Counted from the stretch's first letter, positions 48,126-58,005 are shown. The stretch: 64,000 nucleotides of DNA from an uncultured Bacteroidota bacterium (GCA_903910445.1 CAIVZR010000097.1:348-64347); one strand, 5' to 3'. Notes: generated by a model not told the origin, from the letters alone. Numbers and translations are program-made.

Positions 48126-49100
48126 ATGAGCAAAGGACCTGTATCGCAATATATTGAACACCATTACCGTCATTTCAATGCAGCTGCATTAATGGATGCT
48201 GCTAAAGGCTATGAAACACATTTAGCCGAAGGAGGCAAGATGATGATAACACTCGCAGGTGCCATGAGTACCGCCGAGTTAGGATTGAGTTTGGCCGAAA
48301 TGATTCGCCAGGATAAAGTGCAAATCATTAGTTGTACAGGTGCGAACCTGGAAGAAGACATCATGAATTTGGTGGCCCATTCGCATTACAAGCGTGTCCC
48401 AAATTATCGCGATTTGAGCCCACAAGAAGAATGGGACTTGCTCGAAAATCATTATAATCGTGTAACTGATACTTGCATCCCTGAAGAAGAGGCATTTCGT
48501 AGATTACAAAAGCATATTCACCAACTTTGGGCCGATGCAGAAGCAAAATGCGAACGCTATTTCCCACATGAGTTCATGTATAAGATGTTGTTGAGTGGCG
48601 TTTTAGAGCAATACTATGAAATTGATCCAAAGAATAGCTGGATGCTTGCTGCCGCACAAAAAAATATTCCAATTGTAGTGCCAGGATGGGAGGATAGTAC
48701 CATGGGTAATATTTTCGCATCTTATGTTATAAAAAATGAGTTGAAAGCGTCTACCGTAAAAAGTGGAATAGAGTATATGGTGTGGTTGGCCGATTGGTAC
48801 CGTAATAATTCATCGGGCAAAGGGGTGGGATTCTTCCAAGTAGGAGGAGGTATTGCAGGCGATTTTCCAATATGTGTGGTGCCTATGATGTACCAGGATT
48901 TGGAATGGCACGATGTTCCTTTCTGGGGTTATTTCTGTCAAGTTAGTGATAGTACCACTTCTTATGGAAGTTATAGTGGGGCGGTGCCAAATGAGAAAAT
49001 TACCTGGGGTAAACTCGATATCCATACTCCCAAATTTATTGTGGAGAGTGATGCCACCATCGTAGTTCCTTTGATATTTGCCTGGCTCTTAGGCTGGTAA
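48126..49100 (+). CDS. Deoxyhypusine synthase-like (DHS family) protein
   Basis: 324 aa. ITLAGAMSTAELGLSLAEMIRQDKVQIISCTGANLEEDI and the C-terminal GGGIAGDF block resemble the DHS/homospermidine-synthase NAD-binding fold. Confidence 0.55.
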   Translation: MSKGPVSQYIEHHYRHFNAAALMDAAKGYETHLAEGGKMMITLAGAMSTAELGLSLAEMIRQDKVQIISCTGANLEEDIMNLVAHSHYKRVPNYRDLSPQEEWDLLENHYNRVTDTCIPEEEAFRRLQKHIHQLWADAEAKCERYFPHEFMYKMLLSGVLEQYYEIDPKNSWMLAAAQKNIPIVVPGWEDSTMGNIFASYVIKNELKASTVKSGIEYMVWLADWYRNNSSGKGVGFFQVGGGIAGDFPICVVPMMYQDLEWHDVPFWGYFCQVSDSTTSYGSYSGAVPNEKITWGKLDIHTPKFIVESDATIVVPLIFAWLLGW

Positions 49101-49107
49101 GTTTTGT

Positions 49108-49533
49108 TTATGGTGCTTTCTTAAACACGTAGTAGAAACAATCGTAGCATAAAGGAGCATCCTCGATATATAAATTTTCATCATCGAAGCGGGTGATATA
49201 CTGCCCACTTAGGATATTATCCCGCTTTTTTAAATCATCGGAAACGAGGCCATAGGCATTGCCATTCTTGCGCAAACGCCCATGTTCAACTTGCTTACTG
49301 CTTTTATATAAAGTATAATTCCCATCGGCTGACAGCTCAAGTTTCAGGGTAAAACCAACAGTCGAAGGATTTTGCCCGTTACCACCGCCCGAAAATCCAC
49401 CATCAATTCGGATCCAGTTCCATGTGCCAATTAAAGCGGAGGCATTTCCCTGAAGGGCATCCTTTTTGCAAGAAAGGAGGCTGGTTAGGGCGAGGGCGAA
49501 ACAAAGAATGACGATATTTTGGAATCGATTCAT
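49108..49533 (-). CDS. Small lipoprotein of unknown function
   Basis: Lipobox LLSCKK. 141 aa. Confidence 0.45.
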   Translation of the reverse strand: MNRFQNIVILCFALALTSLLSCKKDALQGNASALIGTWNWIRIDGGFSGGGNGQNPSTVGFTLKLELSADGNYTLYKSSKQVEHGRLRKNGNAYGLVSDDLKKRDNILSGQYITRFDDENLYIEDAPLCYDCFYYVFKKAP

Positions 49534-49686
49534 GGCAATTAAGTGATTAACAATGCTTTAATAATGCCTTTAAACGCAATAATGACGGTAGTTTCGGGGA
49601 TTCTTCTTCATCAAATATATCGACTAAGGGGGCAGAACCAACAATCTTGAAATTCGTCCTTCAATTTTCGCTAAAAATTATTACTT

Positions 49687-50241
49687 TTGCAATCCTTTTT
49701 TAAAACAAGGGAAGAATTGGAAAAGCTTAAAGCATTCGATATAGAGTTTATGAGACTCAGCGATGGGGATCACGATTTTAGTTTTGATATTGACGATGCC
49801 TTTTTTAAAGCCTTTCCTCAAGACCGTATCAAAAGTGGCCAACTGACCTGCCAAGTCGCGCTTCATAAGGAAGAAACTTTGCTTCAGTTTCAGTTTGAAA
49901 CGGAAGGTTCTGTAAATACTACTTGCGATCGTTGCTTGAATGAGATTGCTTATCCGGTGGAATCATTTGAAACCCTGATTGTAACATTGGGGAGTTCATA
50001 CCAGGAGCAGGATGCAGATGTGATAGAAATACCGTCGACAGAGCACAAGCTCAATGTAGCACAGTATATTTATGAGTATATCCTAACGGCTTTACCAATG
50101 AATATTAACTGCGATGGATTGGAGGATGTGGTATGTGATGAGCAGATACTTAAGTACATCGACCCTGATACGCAAGGAGAAGCCAAAGAGCCAGGAGATC
50201 CACGTTGGAACGCTTTAAAAGATATAGATTTAGACAAGTAA
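49687..50241 (+). CDS. YceD/DUF177 family protein (large-subunit rRNA accumulation protein)
   Basis: CDRCL...(metal-binding Cys pair) and a conserved position directly upstream of rpmF and plsX. Confidence 0.75.
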   Translation: MQSFFKTREELEKLKAFDIEFMRLSDGDHDFSFDIDDAFFKAFPQDRIKSGQLTCQVALHKEETLLQFQFETEGSVNTTCDRCLNEIAYPVESFETLIVTLGSSYQEQDADVIEIPSTEHKLNVAQYIYEYILTALPMNINCDGLEDVVCDEQILKYIDPDTQGEAKEPGDPRWNALKDIDLDK

Positions 50242-50280
50242 AAATATAATTAACCATAGACCATTAAATAGAATTAAGTC

Positions 50281-50460
50281 ATGCCAAATCCAAAACGAAA
50301 GATATCGAAACAACGCCGTAACAAACGCCGTACTCATGATAAAGCTGCGCTTCCTACTTTGCGTAAGGATGCAAATACCGGTAACATTTCTTTATATCAC
50401 CGTATTGATATGGAAAACGGAATGTACAGAGGTAAGCAGGTATTTGAAGTTAAAGCCTAA
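50281..50460 (+). CDS. rpmF: 50S ribosomal protein L32
   Basis: The 59-aa ORF MPNPKRKISKQRRNKRRTHDKAALPTL...YRGKQV is below the 60-aa cutoff of the ORF track. It has the conserved KRRxSKxRxxxRRxH L32 N-terminus and the rpmF-plsX synteny. Confidence 0.85.
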   Translation: MPNPKRKISKQRRNKRRTHDKAALPTLRKDANTGNISLYHRIDMENGMYRGKQVFEVKA

Positions 50461-50605
50461 CAACAGGGTTTTAATGAATCATTCCCAATAAAATTATGGA
50501 TTAAGCTTACTAGCTTAGTCCTTTTTTTGTTTAATCAAAGATGCATTCATCTTTTTTATACCCAAATAAACATTTATACATTCGAACCCAACCGATAGCT
50601 ATATC

Positions 50606-51565
50606 ATGAAAATAGGAATTGACATAATGGGCGGTGATTTTGCTCCACGGGAAGCTGTACTTGGTGCCATTGAAGCACAAAAACTAATTCCTGCCGATTG
50701 CCAAATAGTTATGGTAGGCGATGAGGCTCAGGCCCGTATCCTTTTAACCGAATTTCAATGCGATGCATCGCTTTTTGAATTCGTACATACTACGGAGGTA
50801 ATTGAAATGGGGGAGCATCCCACCAAGGCAATTGCTTCAAAGAAAAATTCCAGCATCAATGTAGGTTTCGCAATGCTAGCCCAGCAGCAGATTGATGTAT
50901 TTATGAGTGCCGGAAATACAGGCGCTGTAATGGTTGGTGCGGTGTTCAGTGTAAAACAAATTGAAGGGGTAACACGCCCAACAATTATTTCGGTATTGCC
51001 TAAATTAAAAGGTGGCTTCGGTGTTCTTGTTGATGCAGGCACCAATGCCGATTGTAAGCCAGAAATGATGAATCAATTCGCAATTCTTGGTTCCATCTTC
51101 TGTGAAGCCATTTACAATATTCCTAAACCTAAGGTAGCCTTGATGAGTGTAGGTGAAGAGAAAGAAAAAGGGAATGCCTTAACGCTAGCAACCTATCCAT
51201 TACTCGAACAAAATCCACATATTAATTTCATTGGCAATGTGGAAGGTTATAATCTCTTCGACGAAAAAGCAGATGTCATTGTATGCGATGGATTTACCGG
51301 AAACATCATGATGAAGGTAGCTCAAAGCATCTATAAAATCATGCGTAAGATGGGAAATAGCAATGCCTATTTCGATCGTTTCAATTATGAGATCTATGGC
51401 GGTACACCTGTTTTAGGGGTGAATGCTCCAGTACTTATTGGTCACGGAATTTCCAATGCAGAAGCTTTCAAGAATATGATTCTTTTAGGCAAGGCAATGG
51501 TAGAAAAAGAGGTGACCGAAAAAATCAAAAAGGAATTATTAACGATTCAAAGCAATCAAAACTAA
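50606..51565 (+). CDS. plsX: Phosphate acyltransferase PlsX
   Basis: MKIGIDIMGGDFAP..., MVGD and DAGTNADCKPE motifs. 319 aa. Confidence 0.9.
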   Translation: MKIGIDIMGGDFAPREAVLGAIEAQKLIPADCQIVMVGDEAQARILLTEFQCDASLFEFVHTTEVIEMGEHPTKAIASKKNSSINVGFAMLAQQQIDVFMSAGNTGAVMVGAVFSVKQIEGVTRPTIISVLPKLKGGFGVLVDAGTNADCKPEMMNQFAILGSIFCEAIYNIPKPKVALMSVGEEKEKGNALTLATYPLLEQNPHINFIGNVEGYNLFDEKADVIVCDGFTGNIMMKVAQSIYKIMRKMGNSNAYFDRFNYEIYGGTPVLGVNAPVLIGHGISNAEAFKNMILLGKAMVEKEVTEKIKKELLTIQSNQN

Positions 51566-51634
51566 TAAGCGGAATGGTATTTGTTTTTCAACGAATACAA
51601 TTCAACTAATTAATATTTATTCAATCTTATCGTC

Positions 51635-52348
51635 ATGACTAAAAAATTTCTTGCCCTTTCCCTTTTGAGTATCTTCTTCGCTTCTTGCGATATTTTAAAA
51701 ACAGTGGCCACCCAAGCACTTGCTATTCCAACCAGTACTGAAGCCGCCAGCGGATTAAAAGATGCCTTGAAACAAGGATTCGGCAACGGGGTTGATTTTC
51801 TTTCAGCTAAAGGTGGATTCTTAAATAATGCTGCGTACAAAATATTATTACCTCCCGATGCACAAAAAATTGCTGATAAATTAAGCAGTATGGGTATGCA
51901 ACCACAAGTTGATAATGTAATTGCAAAACTTAACGAAGGTGCCGAGAGTGCTGTAAAAACTGCCAAGCCAATTTTTATAGATGCCGTAACCAGCATGAAT
52001 TTTAGTGATGCGATGGGCGTTTTAACTGGTGGTCAAGGTGCTGCAACCAATTATTTAAAAAATACCACCACCACCTCCCTTACCACTGCTTTTCGTCCAA
52101 AAATTCAAGCAGCACTAGATCAAGTGGGTGTTACTAAATATTGGGGCGACCTCGTTGCTATTTATAATAAGATTCCATTGGTTCAAAAATTAAACCCTGA
52201 TTTGAACGCGTTTGTAACTGATAAAGCTTTGGTAGCATTGTTTAGCAGAGTTGAACAAGAAGAGAATACGATCCGCACAAATATTGGAAGTCGCAGTACA
52301 GATTTAATGCGTAAAGCATTTGCATATGCAGATACGATGAAGAAATAA
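51635..52348 (+). CDS. Lipoprotein, DUF4197-like
   Basis: Lipobox FFASCD. 237 aa, alpha-helical, with an A/T/G-rich composition typical of this Bacteroidota-specific family. Confidence 0.4.
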   Translation: MTKKFLALSLLSIFFASCDILKTVATQALAIPTSTEAASGLKDALKQGFGNGVDFLSAKGGFLNNAAYKILLPPDAQKIADKLSSMGMQPQVDNVIAKLNEGAESAVKTAKPIFIDAVTSMNFSDAMGVLTGGQGAATNYLKNTTTTSLTTAFRPKIQAALDQVGVTKYWGDLVAIYNKIPLVQKLNPDLNAFVTDKALVALFSRVEQEENTIRTNIGSRSTDLMRKAFAYADTMKK

Positions 52349-52386
52349 AAAAAAATGATGGAAGGAACTGATGGGTATCAGACGCG

Positions 52387-53166
52387 TCAGTTCCCGAAAT
52401 CACCTTCGAATGATTTCAAGGCGGGCCCGATTAAGAAAATATTTTTAAAGGACGACAGACCATCATATTCGAATGATACTCTTAAATTCCCTCCTTCCGA
52501 TTTAAGTTTCGTTTCATATTTCCCTTTTGGCATTTTCGATTGTACTGCATTTGACAAGGCTGCAGCAGTGATACCTGTTCCACAGCTTAAAGTTTCATCC
52601 TCTACGCCACGTTCATACGTGCGTATATGCAGCACATCCAAATCGTTTGATACAAAGTTAATATTCGTCCCTTCTGCTTTAAAGCGATTGTTATAACGGA
52701 TTGCTCGGCCTTCTTTTATGATATCAATTGAGGCAATATCATCCAAGTATTTCACTACATGCGGAGAGCCTGTATTTAAGAAATAAAATTCCGAAGAAAT
52801 TTCTATCGCATCAACATCCTTCATTTTAAGGGCCACCTCATTGTCATTCAGGGTGGCTTCATGCAAGCCGTCCACAGCCATAAAAGTGCAGTTGTTTTTA
52901 ATGATACCGAGCTGCTGTGCAAAGCGTGCAATACAACGACCACCATTGCCACACATACTACTCAAATTGCCATCACTATTATAATAAATCATTTCGAAGT
53001 CGAGCTCTTTGTGATTTCTTAATAAGATCAGTCCATCAGCACCAATACCAAAACGGCGGTTACATAAATGGTTTACCAATTCGGTATCCTTGATATTGAA
53101 GCGCTCTTGGCGATCATCTATCATCACAAAATCGTTGCCCGTACCTTGGTATTTATAAAAGTGCAT
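52387..53166 (-). CDS. dapF: Diaminopimelate epimerase
   Basis: MHFYKYQGTGNDFVMID, the catalytic SMCGNGGRC and the second catalytic Cys in LSCGTGITAAA. 259 aa. Confidence 0.92.
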   Translation of the reverse strand: MHFYKYQGTGNDFVMIDDRQERFNIKDTELVNHLCNRRFGIGADGLILLRNHKELDFEMIYYNSDGNLSSMCGNGGRCIARFAQQLGIIKNNCTFMAVDGLHEATLNDNEVALKMKDVDAIEISSEFYFLNTGSPHVVKYLDDIASIDIIKEGRAIRYNNRFKAEGTNINFVSNDLDVLHIRTYERGVEDETLSCGTGITAAALSNAVQSKMPKGKYETKLKSEGGNLRVSFEYDGLSSFKNIFLIGPALKSFEGDFGN

Positions 53167-53168
53167 GA

Positions 53169-55736
53169 TTATTTATAGTTCTCAAGAAAAAACTTCAGGT
53201 ATTCTTCATCGTCTTTTTTCTTCATCAGGATTTTGAAATTCTCCTCACTGATAATGCATTGAGAATATTCTTCTATCCCTGCCTTCTCAAAGAAAATGGT
53301 ATTGTTTACCAACTCACGATAGTATTCCAACCCTTTAGCACCATTAATGAATGGCTTGATAACGATGAGTTTTGTTTTGTCGCCAAGGATATAAGTATTG
53401 ATTGAATAAGATTCTAGGCGATGATACTCTGCATTATAATCCGAATAGTTGGCTTTGATGGTTTCAACATTTGCCGTTGCTTCGTCGGTAAGCAATATAT
53501 AATAATGCTCACTTGAAGGGTCGTACCCATATTTTGCGGCAGCAGTAGCTTCTGGTTGCGGGTTGTTCTTGCGTTTCAAGTAATCGAGAATATTATTGGC
53601 TGCCACAAATACATCTGTATTCGGATAGGTTTTTGTGACGTCAGTAAGTGCTGCGATAAAACTAGTCTCTGATTCCGTTTTCCCAACAGCTAAGGCACGC
53701 AGGTAGTCAAATTTTGCCATCAATCCACCACCGCTATATTTTACCCGTGCTTCATCACATCGCCTTTTTACTTCGGTGTAGTTTCCCCCTTTATAAATAT
53801 CGTAGGTAGCAACATAATACTTCGATTCCTCACTGCCTCCTGCCGCGGTGCTATTGCCTGTATTCTTAATAATTCCAGCATAGTCGCTTGAAGCATATTT
53901 ATTCAATACCAATTCACGGTATTTATTCGCTTCTGTAGGATTGTTTAAATCAGAATAGCATTTGTATAGATAGTAGTAAACCTTTGCCAGATAGGGGTTT
54001 TCGGGGAATCGTTGTAGGAGGGTTTCGAAAATCTTGATGGCCTCTTTGGTGTCATTTAATTTGTCTTTGTAAATTAATCCATTGGCAACATATGCATCGA
54101 TAATTCGATTATTAGAAACGATGACATCTTCGGCAGTAACTGGGATTTTTGGTCTGCTGTCGGTTGGTGCCTTCTTTACATTCTTGTCATTATTACGTTT
54201 TGCAGTGCTTGTATCTTTGTTATTGGGGTCGGCTTTCGGGTCGATATCAGCATTATTGTTATTATTATCTCCCGATGTTTTACGGTCAAGAATCGGCCAG
54301 TAATCTTCGTTATTACGGTTGCCCCATTTACGAGTGAACTCACTATAACCTACTGCCATGGCGGTGGGGTTATAGAAGTACCATTCATCCCCGGGTCCTT
54401 GCTGATAGTTATTATTATTGTTTGCGTTATTGTTATTCGCGTTATTATTATTATTATCTATCGGGTTTTGATTATCGTTGCGACGGTTTTTCTCTGCTTT
54501 TTTATCGGCTCTTTGTTGGTCGTCTTTGTATTTTTCTAAGATGCGTTTACGTTCTTCATCAGTTAGTTTTCCGAGGCGCTGAAGACTGTCTTCTGTTTCA
54601 ATAGTAATAAGATTCTTAATGATTTCTGAAAGCACCTTCTTTTTTGCAAGAAGCTTTTCATACCCTTCATATTTCGCATTAAGAAACATGCCAGTACTAT
54701 CGTAATATAATTTGGAGAGTGTGTAATTTGGTTGACGGAAGTACAAATCGGCCAACTGCAAATAGGTTAGTGCCTTGGTATTCTGATCTTTATAATTAAG
54801 TAATCCTAATTTGTAATTGGTTACCGCAATATCTTGTTTGCCTTCCACCTCTGCTATTTTTCCTAACTCATAATAAATACGATCGAGATAATTAAGATTC
54901 TTGTCGTCCTTGGCCATGGCACGCAGGTAGGAGCGTGCAGCCTTTACCGATTCGGGCTTGGTAATATCGTAAGTACGGCCAATATTTAACTTAGAGAAGA
55001 ATGCCATCTCATAAGGAGGGTTACGTTTAATAACCGCTTTATAGTTGAGTATTGCCTGAGTTGTTTTGCCGTTGCGTTGGTAAAGTTGAGCAAGGATAAA
55101 TTTTAGCCGGGTACGATATGTTTTCCCTTCAGCATATTTTAGCGTACGGAAAATATATTTCTGAGCTTGCACATATTCTTGTTGACGAATATAGTATTCG
55201 GCCATGGTAGCATTAAAGAGCGAACGATTTTGTTCGTTCATAAAATCCAAATCCGTTTTTAGCGATGTAGAAACAGAAAACGCTTCATCATCTTTATTAA
55301 GCATGAGTTTGCAAATCATGATCCAGATGGTTGCTTCATAGCTTTCCTGGGTGTTCTTATAACGATCATTGATATATTGAAACACCTCAATAGCAGAATA
55401 AAAATCGCGCTTATAGAAATGTGATTTAGCTACCAACAGATAGCTATTATCTACCCATTTACTAATTGGATGACGTTGAATGATGACCCCTGCCTTTTTG
55501 AATATTTCATCCATATCGGGCTGAACGGCTTTGCTTTTCGACTCGTCGCCAAATTGAAAAACACTTAGGATTTTGTCATAATCATCCACATTGCTGCGCT
55601 CAAGCGTAAGCTGCGACTGCTTCAATCGTTCGGTAGCATTATAGTAGCCGTTGAATCGGGCAGTGGTATTATGATAAATCTTACTTTTGCACGCAGCAAC
55701 AGCAAAAAACAAGAAAAGATAACTTAGCTTTTTCAA
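53169..55736 (-). CDS. TPR-repeat lipoprotein with an Asn-rich low-complexity insert, SprE/PorW-like (candidate T9SS/gliding component)
   Basis: Lipobox FAVAACKS. Multiple TPR-like helical repeats lie in the N-terminal 400 aa and the C-terminal 300 aa. The central disordered region contains NNNNNANNNNANNNNNYQQ and NNNNNADIDPKAD. Its size (855 aa) and architecture match SprE/PorW. The window is rich in T9SS cargo. Confidence 0.45.
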   Translation of the reverse strand: MKKLSYLFLFFAVAACKSKIYHNTTARFNGYYNATERLKQSQLTLERSNVDDYDKILSVFQFGDESKSKAVQPDMDEIFKKAGVIIQRHPISKWVDNSYLLVAKSHFYKRDFYSAIEVFQYINDRYKNTQESYEATIWIMICKLMLNKDDEAFSVSTSLKTDLDFMNEQNRSLFNATMAEYYIRQQEYVQAQKYIFRTLKYAEGKTYRTRLKFILAQLYQRNGKTTQAILNYKAVIKRNPPYEMAFFSKLNIGRTYDITKPESVKAARSYLRAMAKDDKNLNYLDRIYYELGKIAEVEGKQDIAVTNYKLGLLNYKDQNTKALTYLQLADLYFRQPNYTLSKLYYDSTGMFLNAKYEGYEKLLAKKKVLSEIIKNLITIETEDSLQRLGKLTDEERKRILEKYKDDQQRADKKAEKNRRNDNQNPIDNNNNNANNNNANNNNNYQQGPGDEWYFYNPTAMAVGYSEFTRKWGNRNNEDYWPILDRKTSGDNNNNNADIDPKADPNNKDTSTAKRNNDKNVKKAPTDSRPKIPVTAEDVIVSNNRIIDAYVANGLIYKDKLNDTKEAIKIFETLLQRFPENPYLAKVYYYLYKCYSDLNNPTEANKYRELVLNKYASSDYAGIIKNTGNSTAAGGSEESKYYVATYDIYKGGNYTEVKRRCDEARVKYSGGGLMAKFDYLRALAVGKTESETSFIAALTDVTKTYPNTDVFVAANNILDYLKRKNNPQPEATAAAKYGYDPSSEHYYILLTDEATANVETIKANYSDYNAEYHRLESYSINTYILGDKTKLIVIKPFINGAKGLEYYRELVNNTIFFEKAGIEEYSQCIISEENFKILMKKKDDEEYLKFFLENYK

Positions 55737-55923
55737 AACACTTACATTTATTATACTGCGTAAACGTGTACCGATAACTTTTATTTTTTAGGATGGTAGT
55801 GCAATTATACAAAATTTACGACGGTTATTTAAACCTTTTCATAGGTGCAGAGTCATACCGACATAATATTATAAAAAATAAACTAAATTTCAATTTTTAA
55901 ATACATTCAAATTACTAATCATC

Positions 55924-56745
55924 ATGAAAACATCCATTCTAAAAACCTTCACTATTTGCCTAGTAAGTATTTCCTTATTAGGGCTTGTTGTTACCTCTTG
56001 CCAAAAAAACTCTGATACTGCTAACGATGAAAGCGTAGCAGCTGACAATGCCACAGCAGAAGCCAATTTCAGCGATATTGCTCGCATTGTAGATGTTGCC
56101 GCCATAGAGAATGGATTGGGTAAAACCACCGGAACTTGCCCTGCTGTTACTATCGATACAATGAGCACTCCACATTCAATGACCCTCGATTTTGGATCTT
56201 CTAATTGTACAGGTGCCGATGGCAAATTACGCAGAGGTAAAATTATTGTGACATGGACTGGAAAATATCGTCAGTCGGGAACCGTTATCACCCACACTTT
56301 TGTTGATTTTTATCAAAACGACAATAAGATAGAAGGAACTAAAACAGTGACAAATAATGGTTTGAATAATGCAGGTCATATTTATTTCACTGTACAAGTT
56401 ACCAATGCTAAAATTACTAAAGCCAGTGGCAAAATAATTAGTTGGAACAGCACCCGCACCCGCGAATGGATTCAAGGTGCCAATACGCCAGCGGTGGCCG
56501 ACGATATTTACAATATTACGGGTAGTGCAAGTGGCACCGATGCCAATGGTAATGCTTATAGCATGACAATTACAAAAGCTTTAACAATTGATTTTAGCTG
56601 TCAGTATCATTTAACTTCAGGAACAATTGAAGTAACTCCAACTGGCAAGGCCACCCGTGTTATTGATTACGGAAATGGCAATTGCGATGATGATGCCACC
56701 CTTACTGTAGGTAAGAAAACCATCGCCTTTAAAATCAAAAGATAA
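55924..56745 (+). CDS. Lipoprotein of unknown function
   Basis: Lipobox VVTSCQK. 273 aa, beta-rich, with two Cys pairs. Confidence 0.45.
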   Translation: MKTSILKTFTICLVSISLLGLVVTSCQKNSDTANDESVAADNATAEANFSDIARIVDVAAIENGLGKTTGTCPAVTIDTMSTPHSMTLDFGSSNCTGADGKLRRGKIIVTWTGKYRQSGTVITHTFVDFYQNDNKIEGTKTVTNNGLNNAGHIYFTVQVTNAKITKASGKIISWNSTRTREWIQGANTPAVADDIYNITGSASGTDANGNAYSMTITKALTIDFSCQYHLTSGTIEVTPTGKATRVIDYGNGNCDDDATLTVGKKTIAFKIKR

Positions 56746-56791
56746 TTAGATTCATCATATCAATTAATTCAGGTTAAATTAAAAATCAGCC

Positions 56792-57049
56792 ATGAAAAAG
56801 TTAATCATCACTGCACTCTTAAGCCTTATCATTGGTTTGGGAGCAGTACAAGCCAAGGGAATTATTCCCCCACATCGTAAGGAAGCCAGAGAATTACGTC
56901 ATGATCGTCATGAAGTGCGTCGCGACAAACATCGCCTGAAACATAATAAGGCAGAAGGCAATCAAGTGAAAGCTCGTCATAATAGGAGAGAATTGCATCG
57001 CGACAGAAAAGAGTTGCACCATGATAGAAAAGTCCGAAGCCATCGCTAA
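56792..57049 (+). CDS. Small secreted His/Arg-rich repeat protein
   Basis: Signal peptide (..GAVQA), then three imperfect repeats (ELRHDRHEVRRDKHR / ELHRDRKELHHDRK). 85 aa. A clean terminator follows immediately. Confidence 0.5.
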   Translation: MKKLIITALLSLIIGLGAVQAKGIIPPHRKEARELRHDRHEVRRDKHRLKHNKAEGNQVKARHNRRELHRDRKELHHDRKVRSHR

Positions 57050-57068
57050 TAAACTACTTTAAAAATAA

Positions 57069-57099
57069 ATCCCTGCCGAGTAATTGGCGGGGATTTTTT
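57069..57099 (+). terminator. Rho-independent terminator
   Basis: Hairpin ATCCCTGCC-gagtaat-GGCGGGGAT followed by TTTTTTTTGTT. Confidence 0.75.
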
Positions 57100-57113
57100 T
57101 TGTTCCCTAAAAA

Positions 57114-57989
57114 TTGAGTTCATTTGCACACCTATTCAATTTACCTATGAGCCTTTTGAGTGATAAAAATTTTCAAACCCGTGCAATTACCGGTGCCTTA
57201 TTCGTGGGTATAGTCGTTGCAGGTATATTTCTTCACTTTTATGCTTTTTTGGGATTGTTACTTGTCATAAATTTGTTTTGTTTGATAGAGTTGTACCGAC
57301 TTACTATAGACAAGAATCAGGTATTTTTTATTGGATATTCAGTTTTTACAGCAATCTTATTTACTACGGTGATGGCGATTGCGCCTGCGTTTTCAGTGTT
57401 TGATAATACGGTGCAGAAATTATTTTTGGTATTGGCATGTGCAATCTTTTTTCAAATGTTCATTCAGCTTTTTTATAAATCGGAGAAGCCTTTTGCCAAT
57501 TTGGGATTTTCGTTTTTGGGTATCGTTTATATTAGTATCCCCATTATTTTGTTATTAGCCAATAGCCGTAATTTTAGTGATGATTACAATCCTTCTTTTG
57601 TACTGCTATTGTTTATGTTGGTATGGATTAATGATACTGGCGCTTATTTAGCAGGTAATTTCTTTGGTAAAACAAAATTATTTGAACGCATTTCGCCCAA
57701 AAAAACCTGGGAAGGATTTATCGGAGGTTTGATCTTGAGTATGATGGTGGCCGCGCCTTTTGGGAAGTTTGTCTTACATCAATCACCTTGGTTGTTTTGT
57801 GGATTGGGATTAACCATCGGCATTTTTTCTACACTGGGCGACCTCATTGAATCGCAACTGAAAAGAAGTTTGCAAATAAAGGATAGTGGCAATTTCTTAC
57901 CTGGGCATGGTGGATTTTTAGACCGCTTCGATGGCTTCTTGATGGCGATGCCAGCGGCCTTTTTCTATATGGCAATTTTTGCCTGGTAA
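57114..57989 (+). CDS. cdsA: Phosphatidate cytidylyltransferase
   Basis: Polytopic membrane protein with the C-terminal CTP-transferase signature S.KR...KDSG.F.PGHGG.LDR.D. The start may be the internal Met at 57147. Confidence 0.85.
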   Translation: MSSFAHLFNLPMSLLSDKNFQTRAITGALFVGIVVAGIFLHFYAFLGLLLVINLFCLIELYRLTIDKNQVFFIGYSVFTAILFTTVMAIAPAFSVFDNTVQKLFLVLACAIFFQMFIQLFYKSEKPFANLGFSFLGIVYISIPIILLLANSRNFSDDYNPSFVLLLFMLVWINDTGAYLAGNFFGKTKLFERISPKKTWEGFIGGLILSMMVAAPFGKFVLHQSPWLFCGLGLTIGIFSTLGDLIESQLKRSLQIKDSGNFLPGHGGFLDRFDGFLMAMPAAFFYMAIFAW

Positions 57990-58005
57990 TAAAATCCTAA
58001 AAAAT

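Noticed and set aside
51610-52696. 128-aa minus ORF and 113-aa plus ORF
   Set aside because: They are antisense to the DUF4197-like lipoprotein and to dapF respectively. Both partners have strong coding signatures and these two do not.
54082-54604. Three short plus-strand ORFs rich in Tyr/Cys/Leu
   Set aside because: They are antisense to the Asn-rich repeat region of the TPR lipoprotein. They arise from the AAT/AAC repeat on the opposite strand.
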